Positions 6,538 to 15,606 of a stretch of 28,701 nucleotides of DNA are shown piece by piece. The stretch lies in the IMG/VR virus record IMGVR_UViG_2788500300_000002, positions 98,321-127,021 of that record. One strand, written 5' to 3'. Made by a program: the position numbers and the translations under genes. Every line of letters begins with the position of its first letter. The stretch's first letter is position 1. This DNA comes from a virus. The notes under the pieces were generated by a model. It was not told where the DNA came from. It did no database searches and saw nothing but the letters and a program-made list of their open reading frames with translations.

Positions 6538-8029
6538 CACAACGACACAGCTCTTACCGCACCAGCAGGCGGCGGTCGATAAGGTCAGAGGTATAAAGGT
6601 CTCCGGGCTTTTCATGGACATGGGCACGGGTAAGACGCGCACGGTCATAGAGCTCGCCAAGCTCCGCGCGCCGCGCATAGACCATGTGCTCTGGATATGC
6701 CCTGTGTCTCTTAAAGAGACGGTTCGGCGCGAGATAATGAAACACACGGACTGCACGCCGGAGGATATATACGTCTTCGGCGACAAGACCGACTCCGCTC
6801 TGCCGAAAGACAAGCTCTGGTATATAGTCGGCATAGAGAGCTTTTCGTCGTCCTCGCGCGTCACGATGGCGGCGAACGCGATAATCACCGACAAGACATT
6901 CGTAGTCATGGACGAGAGCAGCTACATCAAGGGACACAACGCCATCCGCACGCGGCGCGTCACGCTGCTCGCGGAAAAGGCGAAATACCGCACGATACTC
7001 ACCGGCACGCCGCTCACACAGGGCATCGTTGACCTCTTCTCACAGATGTACTTCCTCTCGCCGAAGATACTCGGCTACAAGAGCTTTTACTCCTTCGAGG
7101 CCAACCATCTCGAATACCATCCGAAGCGTCCTGGGCTCGTAGTCAGAGCGCACAACGTCCCGTATCTTGCCGAGAAGATAAAGCCCTACGTCTACCAGTG
7201 TACGAAAGACGAGTGCATGGAGATCCCCGACAAGCTCTACAAAACGCGCTGGGTACGCCTCACGGACGAGCAGGAAGAGGCATACGAGGCGGCAAAAGAA
7301 AAATTCGAGCACGACATGGACGAACTCGAAAGCCGCTACACCATAAGCTATATGAGCGACGACTACCCGGATTCCTTCTGGCGTAGAAGCTCCATGCTCA
7401 TATTCCGTCTCTTTACGAGCCTCCAGACCATAGTCTGCGGCTTCGAGCGCGTAAGAACGGGCAGGGACAGCTTCGAGCTCAGGCGGTACGACAGCCGCAG
7501 GACGGAGGCCCTTCTCGACGTCGTCCGCTCACTGCCGGAAGATAAGGTCATCGTCTGGGCGAAATATCTCAACTCGATAGAAGACATTTCAGAAGCCCTT
7601 TGCGAAGAATACGGGAAGGAAAAGGTCTGCCTCTATCACGGCGGGCTCAACGCGAAGCAGCGCGACGCCGAGCTTGACCGCTTCGAGGCGAAGGACGGGG
7701 CTCGCTTTCTAGTGGCGACTCAAAGCTGCGGCGGCCACGGGCTCAACCTCCAGTTCTGCCGCTGGCAGATATTCTTCGCAAACGGCTTCAAGTACTCCGA
7801 GCGGCTGCAGGCCGAAGACCGCTGTCACAGACACGGACAAAGGCGGCACGTTACTTACATAGACCTCTGCGCCTCAGACACGATAGACGAGAAAATAGAT
7901 GAAGCGCTTACGAAAAAGGGCAGCCTTCTCGACGCCTTCCGGCGCGAGGTGAAGCGGATAAAAGACGACAAGGACACAGGCAAGGCTGATAAAGTGAAAA
8001 AGCTGAAGGAGATGGTGAGGAAGCTGTGA
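6524..8029 (+). CDS. SNF2-family helicase/ATPase
   Basis: Q-motif LLPHQ, Walker A MDMGTGKT, Walker B variant VVMDESS, motif III LTGTP, GGHGLNLQ, QAEDRCHR. Confidence 0.92.
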   Translation: MRQINTTTQLLPHQQAAVDKVRGIKVSGLFMDMGTGKTRTVIELAKLRAPRIDHVLWICPVSLKETVRREIMKHTDCTPEDIYVFGDKTDSALPKDKLWYIVGIESFSSSSRVTMAANAIITDKTFVVMDESSYIKGHNAIRTRRVTLLAEKAKYRTILTGTPLTQGIVDLFSQMYFLSPKILGYKSFYSFEANHLEYHPKRPGLVVRAHNVPYLAEKIKPYVYQCTKDECMEIPDKLYKTRWVRLTDEQEEAYEAAKEKFEHDMDELESRYTISYMSDDYPDSFWRRSSMLIFRLFTSLQTIVCGFERVRTGRDSFELRRYDSRRTEALLDVVRSLPEDKVIVWAKYLNSIEDISEALCEEYGKEKVCLYHGGLNAKQRDAELDRFEAKDGARFLVATQSCGGHGLNLQFCRWQIFFANGFKYSERLQAEDRCHRHGQRRHVTYIDLCASDTIDEKIDEALTKKGSLLDAFRREVKRIKDDKDTGKADKVKKLKEMVRKL

Positions 8030-9327
8030 AGACGGGAAAAACTTATACGAACATAAACGTATACGAGGCGGCGCAGAAGAGGCTCGACTACATCTTCGGC
8101 GAGTTCGACCGCGTGCTCGTCGCCTTCTCCGGCGGCAAGGACTCGGGCGTCTGCCTCAACCTCTGCTACGAGTACGCGAAAGAGCGCGGCCTGCTGGGCA
8201 AGCTCGCCATGTACCACATCGACTACGAGGCTCAGTACAGAGCCACGACCGAGTTCGTTGAAAAGACCTTCGCGGCGTTCCCCGGCATAGAAAAATACTG
8301 GTGCTGTATGCCGGTAGGCGCAAGCTGCGCCTGCAGCATGACCGGGGCGTACTGGTATCCCTGGGAGAAGGCGAAAAAAGAGATCTGGGTGCGCCCGATG
8401 CCCGACAACGAGTTCGTCGTCAACGAGGACAACTGCAAGGCCCCTTTTACCCCGGGAGACAGCGATTACGTCTTTCAGGAAAACTTCTCGAAGTGGTACG
8501 CGAAGGAGAACGGACGCACCGCGGTCGTCGTCGGCATACGCGCGACGGAGAGCCTCAGCCGCTACAGCGCGGTGGCAAGGATAGACAAAACGACCGGCTA
8601 TAAGGGGAAGAGCTGGCTCACCGAGGTAGACGGCTCCACCGTCAACGCTTACCCGATATACGACTGGGAGACGGCGGATGTATGGATAGCAAACGCGAAA
8701 TTCGGATGGGACTATAACAAGCTCTATGACCTCTACTACATGGCGGGCGTCCCGGTCGAGCAGATGCGCGTCGCATCTCCGTTCCACCAGTGCGGCGCGG
8801 CGAGCCTCCGGCTGTATAAGGTCATTGACCCGTCTACTTGGGCGAAGATGGTCGGGCGCGTCAACGGCGTCAACTTCACCGCGATATACGGGGACACGAT
8901 AGCTATGGGCTGGAAGGATATAAAACTTCCGGCGGGCCACACGTGGAAGTCGTATTACGAGTTCCTGCTCACGACGATGGACAAGGCCACAGCGGAACAC
9001 TATGACGACGTGCTCCGGCGCAGCAAGAAATACTGGATGGAGAAGGGCGGCGGAGTCAGGAAAGAGACGGTCAAGGAAATAATGCAGACAATACCGGGCG
9101 TCGAGCACGTCGGTCCCTCGAAGCAGTACGAGGGTCGCGAGATACTGCGCTTTTCGGAGTACCCGGACGACATAGACTGCTCCGAGTTCACTGTCGTGCC
9201 GTCCTACAAGCGTATGTGTATTTGCATAATGAAAAACGACTATTACTGTAAATACGCCGGCTTCGGCCCGACGAAGGAAGCGACGGTCAAGCGCCGCAAG
9301 GCGATGGAGAAATACAAGAATTTATAA
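8026..9327 (+). CDS. ibrA: IbrA/YbdN-like PAPS-reductase-family protein (DUF3440)
   Basis: PP-loop AFSGGKDS, GIRATESLSR, YPIYDW...DVW, NKLYDLYYMAGVP..QMRV, C-terminal PSYKRMCICIMKNDYYC. Confidence 0.88.
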   Translation: MKTGKTYTNINVYEAAQKRLDYIFGEFDRVLVAFSGGKDSGVCLNLCYEYAKERGLLGKLAMYHIDYEAQYRATTEFVEKTFAAFPGIEKYWCCMPVGASCACSMTGAYWYPWEKAKKEIWVRPMPDNEFVVNEDNCKAPFTPGDSDYVFQENFSKWYAKENGRTAVVVGIRATESLSRYSAVARIDKTTGYKGKSWLTEVDGSTVNAYPIYDWETADVWIANAKFGWDYNKLYDLYYMAGVPVEQMRVASPFHQCGAASLRLYKVIDPSTWAKMVGRVNGVNFTAIYGDTIAMGWKDIKLPAGHTWKSYYEFLLTTMDKATAEHYDDVLRRSKKYWMEKGGGVRKETVKEIMQTIPGVEHVGPSKQYEGREILRFSEYPDDIDCSEFTVVPSYKRMCICIMKNDYYCKYAGFGPTKEATVKRRKAMEKYKNL

Positions 9328-9360
9328 CAGAGATAAGAGGGAACGGAAGGAAGGATATAA

Positions 9361-9894
9361 ATGTTCAGAAGCCCGGCTTATGATGTGAGACCCGTCCCGG
9401 TGGAACGGATACGCGCGAACGAGTATAACCCGAACTCCGTCGCGCCGCCTGAGATGAAGCTGCTTTATAAATCCATACTCGAGGACGGCTATACTATGCC
9501 CATCGTCTGCTACTACATCCCCGAGGAGGACGTCTACGAGATAGTAGACGGGTTTCACCGCTGGATGACGATGCTTAAGCACAAGGACATTTACGAGCGC
9601 GAGCACGGAATGATACCAGTGACTGTCATTGACAAGGACATATCAAACCGCATGGCGAGCACAATACGGCACAACCGCGCGCGCGGCACGCACGACGTGG
9701 AGCTGATGAAAAACATCGTCGCGGAGCTCGTCGAGGCGGGGATGTCCGACGCGTGGATAATGAAAAACATCGGCATGGACGCCGAAGAGCTGCTCCGGCT
9801 GAAACAGATCTCCGGTCTTGCGGCGCTTTTCAAAGACAAAGAGTTCTCTCGCTCATGGGAGGCCGACAATGCCGAAGAAGACGATAACCTATAG
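9361..9894 (+). CDS. ibrB: IbrB/YbdM-like ParB-N (ParB/sulfiredoxin) domain protein
   Basis: ANEYNPNSVAPPEMKLLYKSILEDGYTMPIV, EIVDGFHR, RMASTIRHNRARGTH. Follows the ibrA-like gene. Confidence 0.88.
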   Translation: MFRSPAYDVRPVPVERIRANEYNPNSVAPPEMKLLYKSILEDGYTMPIVCYYIPEEDVYEIVDGFHRWMTMLKHKDIYEREHGMIPVTVIDKDISNRMASTIRHNRARGTHDVELMKNIVAELVEAGMSDAWIMKNIGMDAEELLRLKQISGLAALFKDKEFSRSWEADNAEEDDNL

Positions 9895-10306
9895 GCTCAT
9901 GTGCGCCGACGAGGACGAGCGCGAGTTCTACGGGGTGATGGGGAAGTTCTTCGCGCTGCTCAAATACAGGCGGGAGATAGGCTATCGCATATCCAACGCG
10001 GCGGGGCGCATGTGGGTGGTCGCGCTGCTCACAGACGAGGTGATAGGCTTCGGCTCTTTCGGCGTGGACAGGCACGGCGTCGGCCATCTCTATGACGCAT
10101 GGGTCACGGAAAAGTACCGCAAGAAGGATGTCTACCGGACGATTCTCAACCTCCAGATGAACTGGTTCAAAGACCACGGCGTCACAGAGATATGGGCCGT
10201 CGTGCCTCCGTACCTACAGGAGCGTTTCGCCGGGCTTGGCTTTGAGGCGGAGACGTATCGCGGGAAGTACGCTTATATGAAAGGAGAGCCAAGAGAGTGG
10301 CTGTAG
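9869..10306 (+). CDS. GNAT-family acetyltransferase
   Basis: Likely start ATG 9869 (SD GGGAGG 9857-9862). VIGFGS, LYDAWVTEKYRKKDVYRTIL (motif A-like, degenerate), FAGLGF (motif B). Confidence 0.7.
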   Translation: MPKKTITYRLMCADEDEREFYGVMGKFFALLKYRREIGYRISNAAGRMWVVALLTDEVIGFGSFGVDRHGVGHLYDAWVTEKYRKKDVYRTILNLQMNWFKDHGVTEIWAVVPPYLQERFAGLGFEAETYRGKYAYMKGEPREWL

Positions 10307-10620
10307 AAAAAAAATATATATCCACGGCGGAAGCTGTACGAATGACTGGGCTGTCTCAGGGGCACATCTCGAAGATGTGTCGGAACGGGAAAATCCCTGG
10401 CGCTATATTGATAGGTAACTCTTACGCCATCCCACTGGAATGGGCTGATGCCGCCGTCAGGCTGAAAGAGACGACCGTCTCAATAAACGAAGCCGCGGAG
10501 CTTGCCGGAGTAACACGAGGGGCAATAATGCTCGCTGCCAAAGAGGGGCGGCTTGTAAAAATACAGCATAGGATAACTAGAGATTCGTTGGCCAGATACA
10601 TAGAACGAAGGATAGGATAA
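10297..10620 (+). CDS. Tandem HTH_17/excisionase-like DNA-binding protein
   Basis: YISTAEAVRMTGLSQGHISKMCRNGKIPG and TVSINEAAELAGVTRGAIMLAAKEGRL. Last gene before the att site. Confidence 0.7.
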   Translation: MAVEKKYISTAEAVRMTGLSQGHISKMCRNGKIPGAILIGNSYAIPLEWADAAVRLKETTVSINEAAELAGVTRGAIMLAAKEGRLVKIQHRITRDSLARYIERRIG

Positions 10621-10675
10621 GGCGGCGTTAGAAATTACCCCGCCGCCTTAAAAAATGTTTTCCCGAATTTAAACA

Positions 10676-10694
10676 CGGCACAAGAGCGGCACAA
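10676..10694 (+). repeat. Direct repeat CGGCACAA x2, integrase arm-type site candidate
   Basis: CGGCACAA at 10676-10683 and 10687-10694, about 70 nt from the putative att core. Confidence 0.55.
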
Positions 10695-10756
10695 AGAAAA
10701 ATAATGAACATATAAGACTAGGTACAATCAGCTATTATGCAAATTTTTATGGTGTG

Positions 10757-10770
10757 CCTTTCCCGCACCA
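10757..10770 (+). other. Putative att core: duplicated tRNA 3' end (tRNA-Leu-like ...TCCCGCACCA)
   Basis: Ends in acceptor-stem strand + discriminator A + CCA, as in tRNA-Leu genes that begin GCGGGA. No T-arm or full tRNA upstream. Coincides with the GC-rich to AT-rich switch. Confidence 0.6.
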
Positions 10771-11193
10771 ATTTTCTACATTCAGGCAACATTTCCAACT
10801 TATTAAACAAAATCAGTGTCTATCATAAATTCTGAAAAAGTTAGTAATAGAGCGGCTTCGTAGAGTGTTAGTTGGATTTTTAAAAAGATTACTTTATGTA
10901 AATATAGAACAACTAGCGTTAACTAAGATGTCATGCTTTTAGTCAAACAGTAGTAAGAAAATCGCAGTAGAAAAGTAGTTTTTAATGTGTTACTAAATTC
11001 CTGGGAAATGTTGGTATGAGTGAGTTTTTCCATGAAATAGTAGAAAGAAAATCAGACACCCTTAAATTATGTGCCATACTGACTTTTATGCTGAATTTAG
11101 ACGGTTTATGAATGCGGAATTTCAAAAAGACAAGATGAGATAAATCGCTATAGCTTAATATAAGTTTATTTTTTAATATTTTATAAAAAATAG

Positions 11194-11222
11194 TTGACAA
11201 ATATAAAATGTGTAGATATAAT
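11194..11222 (+). promoter_or_regulatory. Consensus sigma70 promoter of the integrase
   Basis: TTGACA 11194-11199, 17-nt spacer, TATAAT 11217-11222. SD AAGGAG 11255-11260. Confidence 0.85.
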
Positions 11223-11269
11223 ACTTACAAGTTTGAAAAATTCTGAAATACATAAAGGAGCATGAAATA

Positions 11270-12523
11270 ATGAATTTGACAGACAAGGAAATAAAAGCGA
11301 TAAAACCAGTGAACAAACCGAAATATAAAAGTGACGGTAATGGACTGTATATTTATGTTTCCCCTATTAAAGTAGGTGGAAGGGTTTCGTACCACTATAA
11401 GTGGATGTATCGTTATACAAGCCCTGTTACAGGACAACAAGTTTGGTATAAAGGGAAGATTGGTGATTATCCTAATGTGTCCTTAAAAGAAGCAAGGCAA
11501 ATAAGGGGAGAATTGGCTAGGAGTAGTGACCCTAATGCGGAATTGGAAAGGAAAAAAAAAGAGGTAATTTTAGAACGTATAAAGTCATTTGAAGATGTTT
11601 TTGATATATGGTATGAATATTGGCGCAAAACTGTAGCACCAACTACAGAAGAAAAAATCATGTCCCGATATAACTGCCACATAAAGACCAGTAAAAACAA
11701 TAAAAAGCTAATATGTGACATAACCACTTTAGATATTTCAACAGATTTAAACAAGCTAAGTGCCCCTAGTGCCGAAAAGGTCAAGGGAATATACAATATG
11801 GTTTTTACGTTTGCTATCAATGAGGGGTATGGTATAGATAGAGAGGGAAAGACTATTATTAATCCAGTGCCCAAAGGAACACTGCTTTCACATCGTACAT
11901 ATACAGAAAAGAAGCACCCTGGTATCACAGATAAAGAAAAGTTGCCTAATCTCATAAAAAATATCTATGGCTATAGTGGTAATCCTATTGTTAGAGGGGC
12001 GTTGATTTTTCTTTTGCATTGTGCAACGAGGAGTAGTGAGATGCGTCATATCAAGTGGAGGGATATAGATTGGGAAAATAAGATAATTACAGTACAAAAT
12101 ACAAAAAACAAACATAGTTTGAAAGTTCCTATGAGCTGTCAAGTTGAAGATATGCTTAACGAACTGAAAGTCATTAGGGGCAATTCTCTGAAAATTGATG
12201 ATTATATTTTTCATAAACGTGGAGATTTTAAGACACCAATAAGCAATGTAACGACAAATGCGGCTTTACAGTTGATGGGATACGATACACATAAAGAGCA
12301 TACTACTCATGGCTTTAGAACGACATTCTCAACGTTTGCTCATGAAATGTGGGATTCAAAATATGGGCGTGAAATTATAGAGAAACAGTTAGACCACGTA
12401 GTTGGAACAGGTGTTGCTCGAATATATGACGAATCGGAACATTTGGAATGTCGAAGGGCGTTATTACAAGATTGGAGTAATTTTCTTGATGAGATAGGAT
12501 ATAGTAAAAAAGCAGTTGCTTAA
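11270..12523 (+). CDS. int: Tyrosine integrase, P4-like, with N-terminal arm-DNA-binding domain
   Basis: LTDKEIKAIKP...SDGNGLYIYV N-terminus. Catalytic R (ATRSSE), K (TKN), HGFR, H (LDH) and Y (RIYD) are all present. Confidence 0.93.
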   Translation: MNLTDKEIKAIKPVNKPKYKSDGNGLYIYVSPIKVGGRVSYHYKWMYRYTSPVTGQQVWYKGKIGDYPNVSLKEARQIRGELARSSDPNAELERKKKEVILERIKSFEDVFDIWYEYWRKTVAPTTEEKIMSRYNCHIKTSKNNKKLICDITTLDISTDLNKLSAPSAEKVKGIYNMVFTFAINEGYGIDREGKTIINPVPKGTLLSHRTYTEKKHPGITDKEKLPNLIKNIYGYSGNPIVRGALIFLLHCATRSSEMRHIKWRDIDWENKIITVQNTKNKHSLKVPMSCQVEDMLNELKVIRGNSLKIDDYIFHKRGDFKTPISNVTTNAALQLMGYDTHKEHTTHGFRTTFSTFAHEMWDSKYGREIIEKQLDHVVGTGVARIYDESEHLECRRALLQDWSNFLDEIGYSKKAVA

Positions 12524-12650
12524 TTTTTTATATTATAGGTAATTAAATAAAAAATACGAGGGATATATCGTTATTTGTGTTCATTATAAAAGTTATTGTT
12601 ATCGATATATCCCCCTATCTTTTTTAGAAAGGAGACTACTTGGTTATTTA

Positions 12651-13337
12651 ATGTATAAAGCATTAGATAATAAGGATAGAAACTCTATATTTACTTCTTC
12701 TGACCTTGATGCGATTTTTGCTAATCAAAACTATAGGAATAAAATATATGATAAAAGATATGCGTTGTGGCTGTCTCTATTGGCTTTATACACAGGGGCA
12801 ACATTGCATGAACTGTATAATTTGCGTTTTAATGATGTTGTTATCGTTGATAATGTTTTGTGTCTAAAACTTACCAATAAAAATAAATCATGTAGAGTTA
12901 TTCCATTGCATCGTTTTGTTATAAAATTTGGCTTTTTGTATTATGTAAAAGATATAATGTCTATATTTGATACTAATGGTTTTTTATTTGAAAAATATAG
13001 TTTATTAAATGATAATGTTGATTTTAATAATGAATATAAAACATTTAATCGTTGGTTTAATGAAAGATTTTTAGTCACAATAAGAATTAAAAGGCCAGGT
13101 TTATGCTTTTCTAGCTTTAGAAAGACGTTTATGAATGCAGCATTATCTTCTATTTCTGAGACAAATAGAATGCAAAATAAAGACTATATAACTTTAATAA
13201 ATCAATATATGGGAATAACCAGAATATGCTTCACATCTCATGCAAATTTCGTTAAACAGTATCCTCCTTTTGTTTTTAAGAGTATTTTGTCTAATATCTG
13301 TTTCAATTTGCCGCTAAACATTAAAAATATCATATAA
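12651..13337 (+). CDS. Tyrosine-recombinase catalytic-domain-like protein with a degenerate active site
   Basis: LLALYTGATLHELYNLRFND, KNKSCRVIPLH, CFSSFRKTF and YMGI give a recognisable fold, but catalytic residues are replaced. SD AAGGAG upstream. Confidence 0.7.
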   Translation: MYKALDNKDRNSIFTSSDLDAIFANQNYRNKIYDKRYALWLSLLALYTGATLHELYNLRFNDVVIVDNVLCLKLTNKNKSCRVIPLHRFVIKFGFLYYVKDIMSIFDTNGFLFEKYSLLNDNVDFNNEYKTFNRWFNERFLVTIRIKRPGLCFSSFRKTFMNAALSSISETNRMQNKDYITLINQYMGITRICFTSHANFVKQYPPFVFKSILSNICFNLPLNIKNII

Positions 13338-13407
13338 TAATATTATTGAATTAACGTTATATAACTATTGTTTAAATTTTAAAAATTTAGTAAAACAAAG
13401 AACACAC

Positions 13408-13449
13408 ATAATAAAAAGCGGAATAAATTGCTATTCCACTTTTTATTAT
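13408..13449. terminator. Bidirectional terminator between convergent genes
   Basis: ATAATAAAAAGCGGAATA / TATTCCACTTTTTATTAT inverted repeat with one mismatch. Confidence 0.75.
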
Positions 13450-13517
13450 ATAGATATATGAAGTTTCTTGGTTATAAATTTTCAGATTCTAACGGTATTA
13501 CGCTATTCTGATTTACA

Positions 13518-14210
13518 TTATAGTATTGTTATTATTTCCATTTCATCTGCATCTTCACACTTCTTTCGTATCTTTTCAGCCTCTTCTTGCAATATTCCGA
13601 GAACGCAGTCTCTTAATTCGCCGTATTCTTTCATCGAGAGAGTAGGAAATTTATCTTTATTGCCTTCGCTGAATGCATCTCTGACGGCGCTACTTACACC
13701 TTTACCGGAGCTTCCTGTTACATATCCTGGCTTGGCCTTAATATCTGCATCAAATCGATATAACATTATATAGTCATCTTCTGTTTCCTCTTCGCCTGTT
13801 AGTATTTTTCTGGCTGTAACAGATATTATTTCCTCATTGCCCAGTATCTTGTCGAACTGCTCTTCTAGTTCATCAATGGTAGTTTCGTCAGGCGCTATGC
13901 TGAATATTGCTTTAGATGTACTACAGTGTGGCATAAATTCGTCAAATTCTTGCGGGTAGTCCCCTATTCTTACAACTACATTCTTATACATGTCGTTCTC
14001 CGCCAAATTCACAAACTCGACATCATAATAGGCCGTGTTGTTTGAACGGCTGCGGATGCTTGTATTGAGCTTATAGGTTATCTCACCTGCATATTTTGTA
14101 TCAAGCAGCCGTTCCAAATCTTGGGCGTTCTGTTTAACAAATATCTTGTTTGAGTAATATCTTTCTTTCCCTTCTATAGACTGCAATAGGAGGGTGTTTG
14201 TTAGGGACAT
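13518..14210 (-). CDS. Hypothetical acidic protein
   Basis: 230-aa ORF with purine-rich SD-like GAAAGGAAG upstream; no family recognised. Confidence 0.7.
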   Translation of the reverse strand: MSLTNTLLLQSIEGKERYYSNKIFVKQNAQDLERLLDTKYAGEITYKLNTSIRSRSNNTAYYDVEFVNLAENDMYKNVVVRIGDYPQEFDEFMPHCSTSKAIFSIAPDETTIDELEEQFDKILGNEEIISVTARKILTGEEETEDDYIMLYRFDADIKAKPGYVTGSSGKGVSSAVRDAFSEGNKDKFPTLSMKEYGELRDCVLGILQEEAEKIRKKCEDADEMEIITIL

Positions 14211-14379
14211 AGCTTTCTTCCTTTCTTCAGTTGCTTGTCAAAAACACATAAATTAACGATGATTTCTGTTGCTTTTTAGCCTGTTTTCGCACAAAATTAG
14301 GCGTTTCTAGGCACTTATTTTATCAAGAGGATAAATGATGCCTCTCTGGAAAAAGACATGCCTTATTTTTGATTTTCTG

Positions 14380-15000
14380 CTACTCAAGCATTGTATCTTT
14401 TTCGGCGGACTTCTTTTCTTCCAACCATTCGAGATATTCGCAGTATTCACTGGCGAAGGCGAAGTCAAATCCGGAGCCGTCGCTTAAATTCTCCCAATCG
14501 AAGTCATAACGTTTATCTGGAGATGCTTTGAGCTTTAGCACTATATGTCCTTCTTCGTCGTCTTCTGCGACACAATCATGTATTCCGATGAGTACAGTAT
14601 CGTCATGTGCATATGTCCTATAGCTGAAACAAACTGGGGCGTTTAGTATATCCGACGAAAATATCATGCTTCTGCTGATACTCGTCAAAAGAGAATGAAT
14701 AAGCAAATATTCGTACTGGAATCCCTCTAATACTATTTTTGCATCCATCAAGTCGTTTATACAGTATTCAATCCTGAATACCCTGTCTTTTGTCTGATGA
14801 TACGCACCGTCATAGAGATAACCGCCTCCGCACCTTCTGGGCTTTACGTTATGCTCTTTGCCGTCTGTCCCCATATAGCTGAACACTACATAGGGCATAA
14901 GCCCTTTAGCCTGTAATTCATCTTTTGGGATTGCATTTATCACTTCTGGAATACGGGCTTTTAGTTCTTTGACTGTCATGATTTTCTTGGTATTGTCCAA
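14380..15000 (-). CDS. Hypothetical protein
   Basis: 206-aa ORF co-oriented with its neighbours; AAGGGG upstream of a TTG start. Confidence 0.7.
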   Translation of the reverse strand: MDNTKKIMTVKELKARIPEVINAIPKDELQAKGLMPYVVFSYMGTDGKEHNVKPRRCGGGYLYDGAYHQTKDRVFRIEYCINDLMDAKIVLEGFQYEYLLIHSLLTSISRSMIFSSDILNAPVCFSYRTYAHDDTVLIGIHDCVAEDDEEGHIVLKLKASPDKRYDFDWENLSDGSGFDFAFASEYCEYLEWLEEKKSAEKDTMLE

Positions 15001-15059
15001 TGTACATAGCCCCTTTCTGAATGTGTCTAATGTTCAAAGCCTATATAGTCTCTCGTTAT

Positions 15060-15536
15060 CTATCGGATTACGCCTCTGTCCTGATATTCAGCTATTATTC
15101 TGCCTATAGACCTGTACATCTTCGTATTCATATACATGCCCATCTCAGCAGCCGTGACGTATTTGTAGCCGTCGTTCTCCGGCTTCCTCATGCCGTCTTT
15201 ATCAAGAAACGTTGATACGCATGTCACGGGAAGTTCGTCGTCTACGATGTAGAGATAGACATACAGGTCTTTGTCTGCTTTATATTGGAATCTGCCTACC
15301 TCAATCATTTTATCCGCATCGGCGTCGATGTCGGTTTCTTCTTTCAATTCCCTCAAGGCCGCGGCGAGATAGTCTTCGCCGTCTTCATGAATGCCTTTCG
15401 GAAGCCCCCATATTTTGCTTGGCACTTTTATATTAGTCTCATGGTCTGTTTCGTAAAATGGGCTGTTGGTAGGATGGACTATTAGAAATCTCTTTGTGTT
15501 CCTGCAATAAATAAGTGTGGCGCAGCTTAGCTGCAT
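15060..15536 (-). CDS. NUDIX hydrolase
   Basis: WGLPKG followed by the Nudix box GIHEDGEDYLAAALRELKEETDI. Confidence 0.9.
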   Translation of the reverse strand: MQLSCATLIYCRNTKRFLIVHPTNSPFYETDHETNIKVPSKIWGLPKGIHEDGEDYLAAALRELKEETDIDADADKMIEVGRFQYKADKDLYVYLYIVDDELPVTCVSTFLDKDGMRKPENDGYKYVTAAEMGMYMNTKMYRSIGRIIAEYQDRGVIR

Positions 15537-15606
15537 TATTATGCACGACCCCTTCTATTTTTTTCTATACATTCCAAAATGTTTTGTTTTTGTAAATTCT
15601 TTGAGG

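Larger units (their letters stand above)
1..10770 (+). mobile_element. Right end of a GC-rich prophage (tail tip, lysis, accessory module)
   Basis: Tail collar, GH108 endolysin and holin/spanin-like genes, all co-oriented and ending at an att-like sequence. Confidence 0.88.

Noticed and set aside
7855-9108. 417-aa minus-strand ORF
   Set aside because: It lies antisense to the well-supported SNF2 and IbrA genes, has no recognisable motifs, and is the expected shadow ORF of GC3-rich coding DNA. The same applies to 6193..6909 and 2065..2574.
10618-10650. 10-bp inverted repeat after the HTH gene as an intrinsic terminator
   Set aside because: The stem is real (TAAGGCGGCG/CGCCGCCTTA) but has a 13-nt loop and no proper U-tract on either strand, so its function is left uncalled.
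10690-10770. Complete tRNA gene
   Set aside because: Only the last ~10-14 nt resemble a tRNA. There is no T-loop (GTTCRA) or cloverleaf upstream, so it is treated as an att remnant.
11262-11270. Mini-ORF ATG-AAA-TAA overlapping the integrase start
   Set aside because: Its ATG is only 1 nt from the SD, too close for efficient initiation. The SD spacing fits ATG 11270.
14309-14343. Imperfect hairpin (AGGCA...TGCCT) as a single-strand origin or terminator
   Set aside because: Several mismatches, no U-tract and no motif I can match with confidence.
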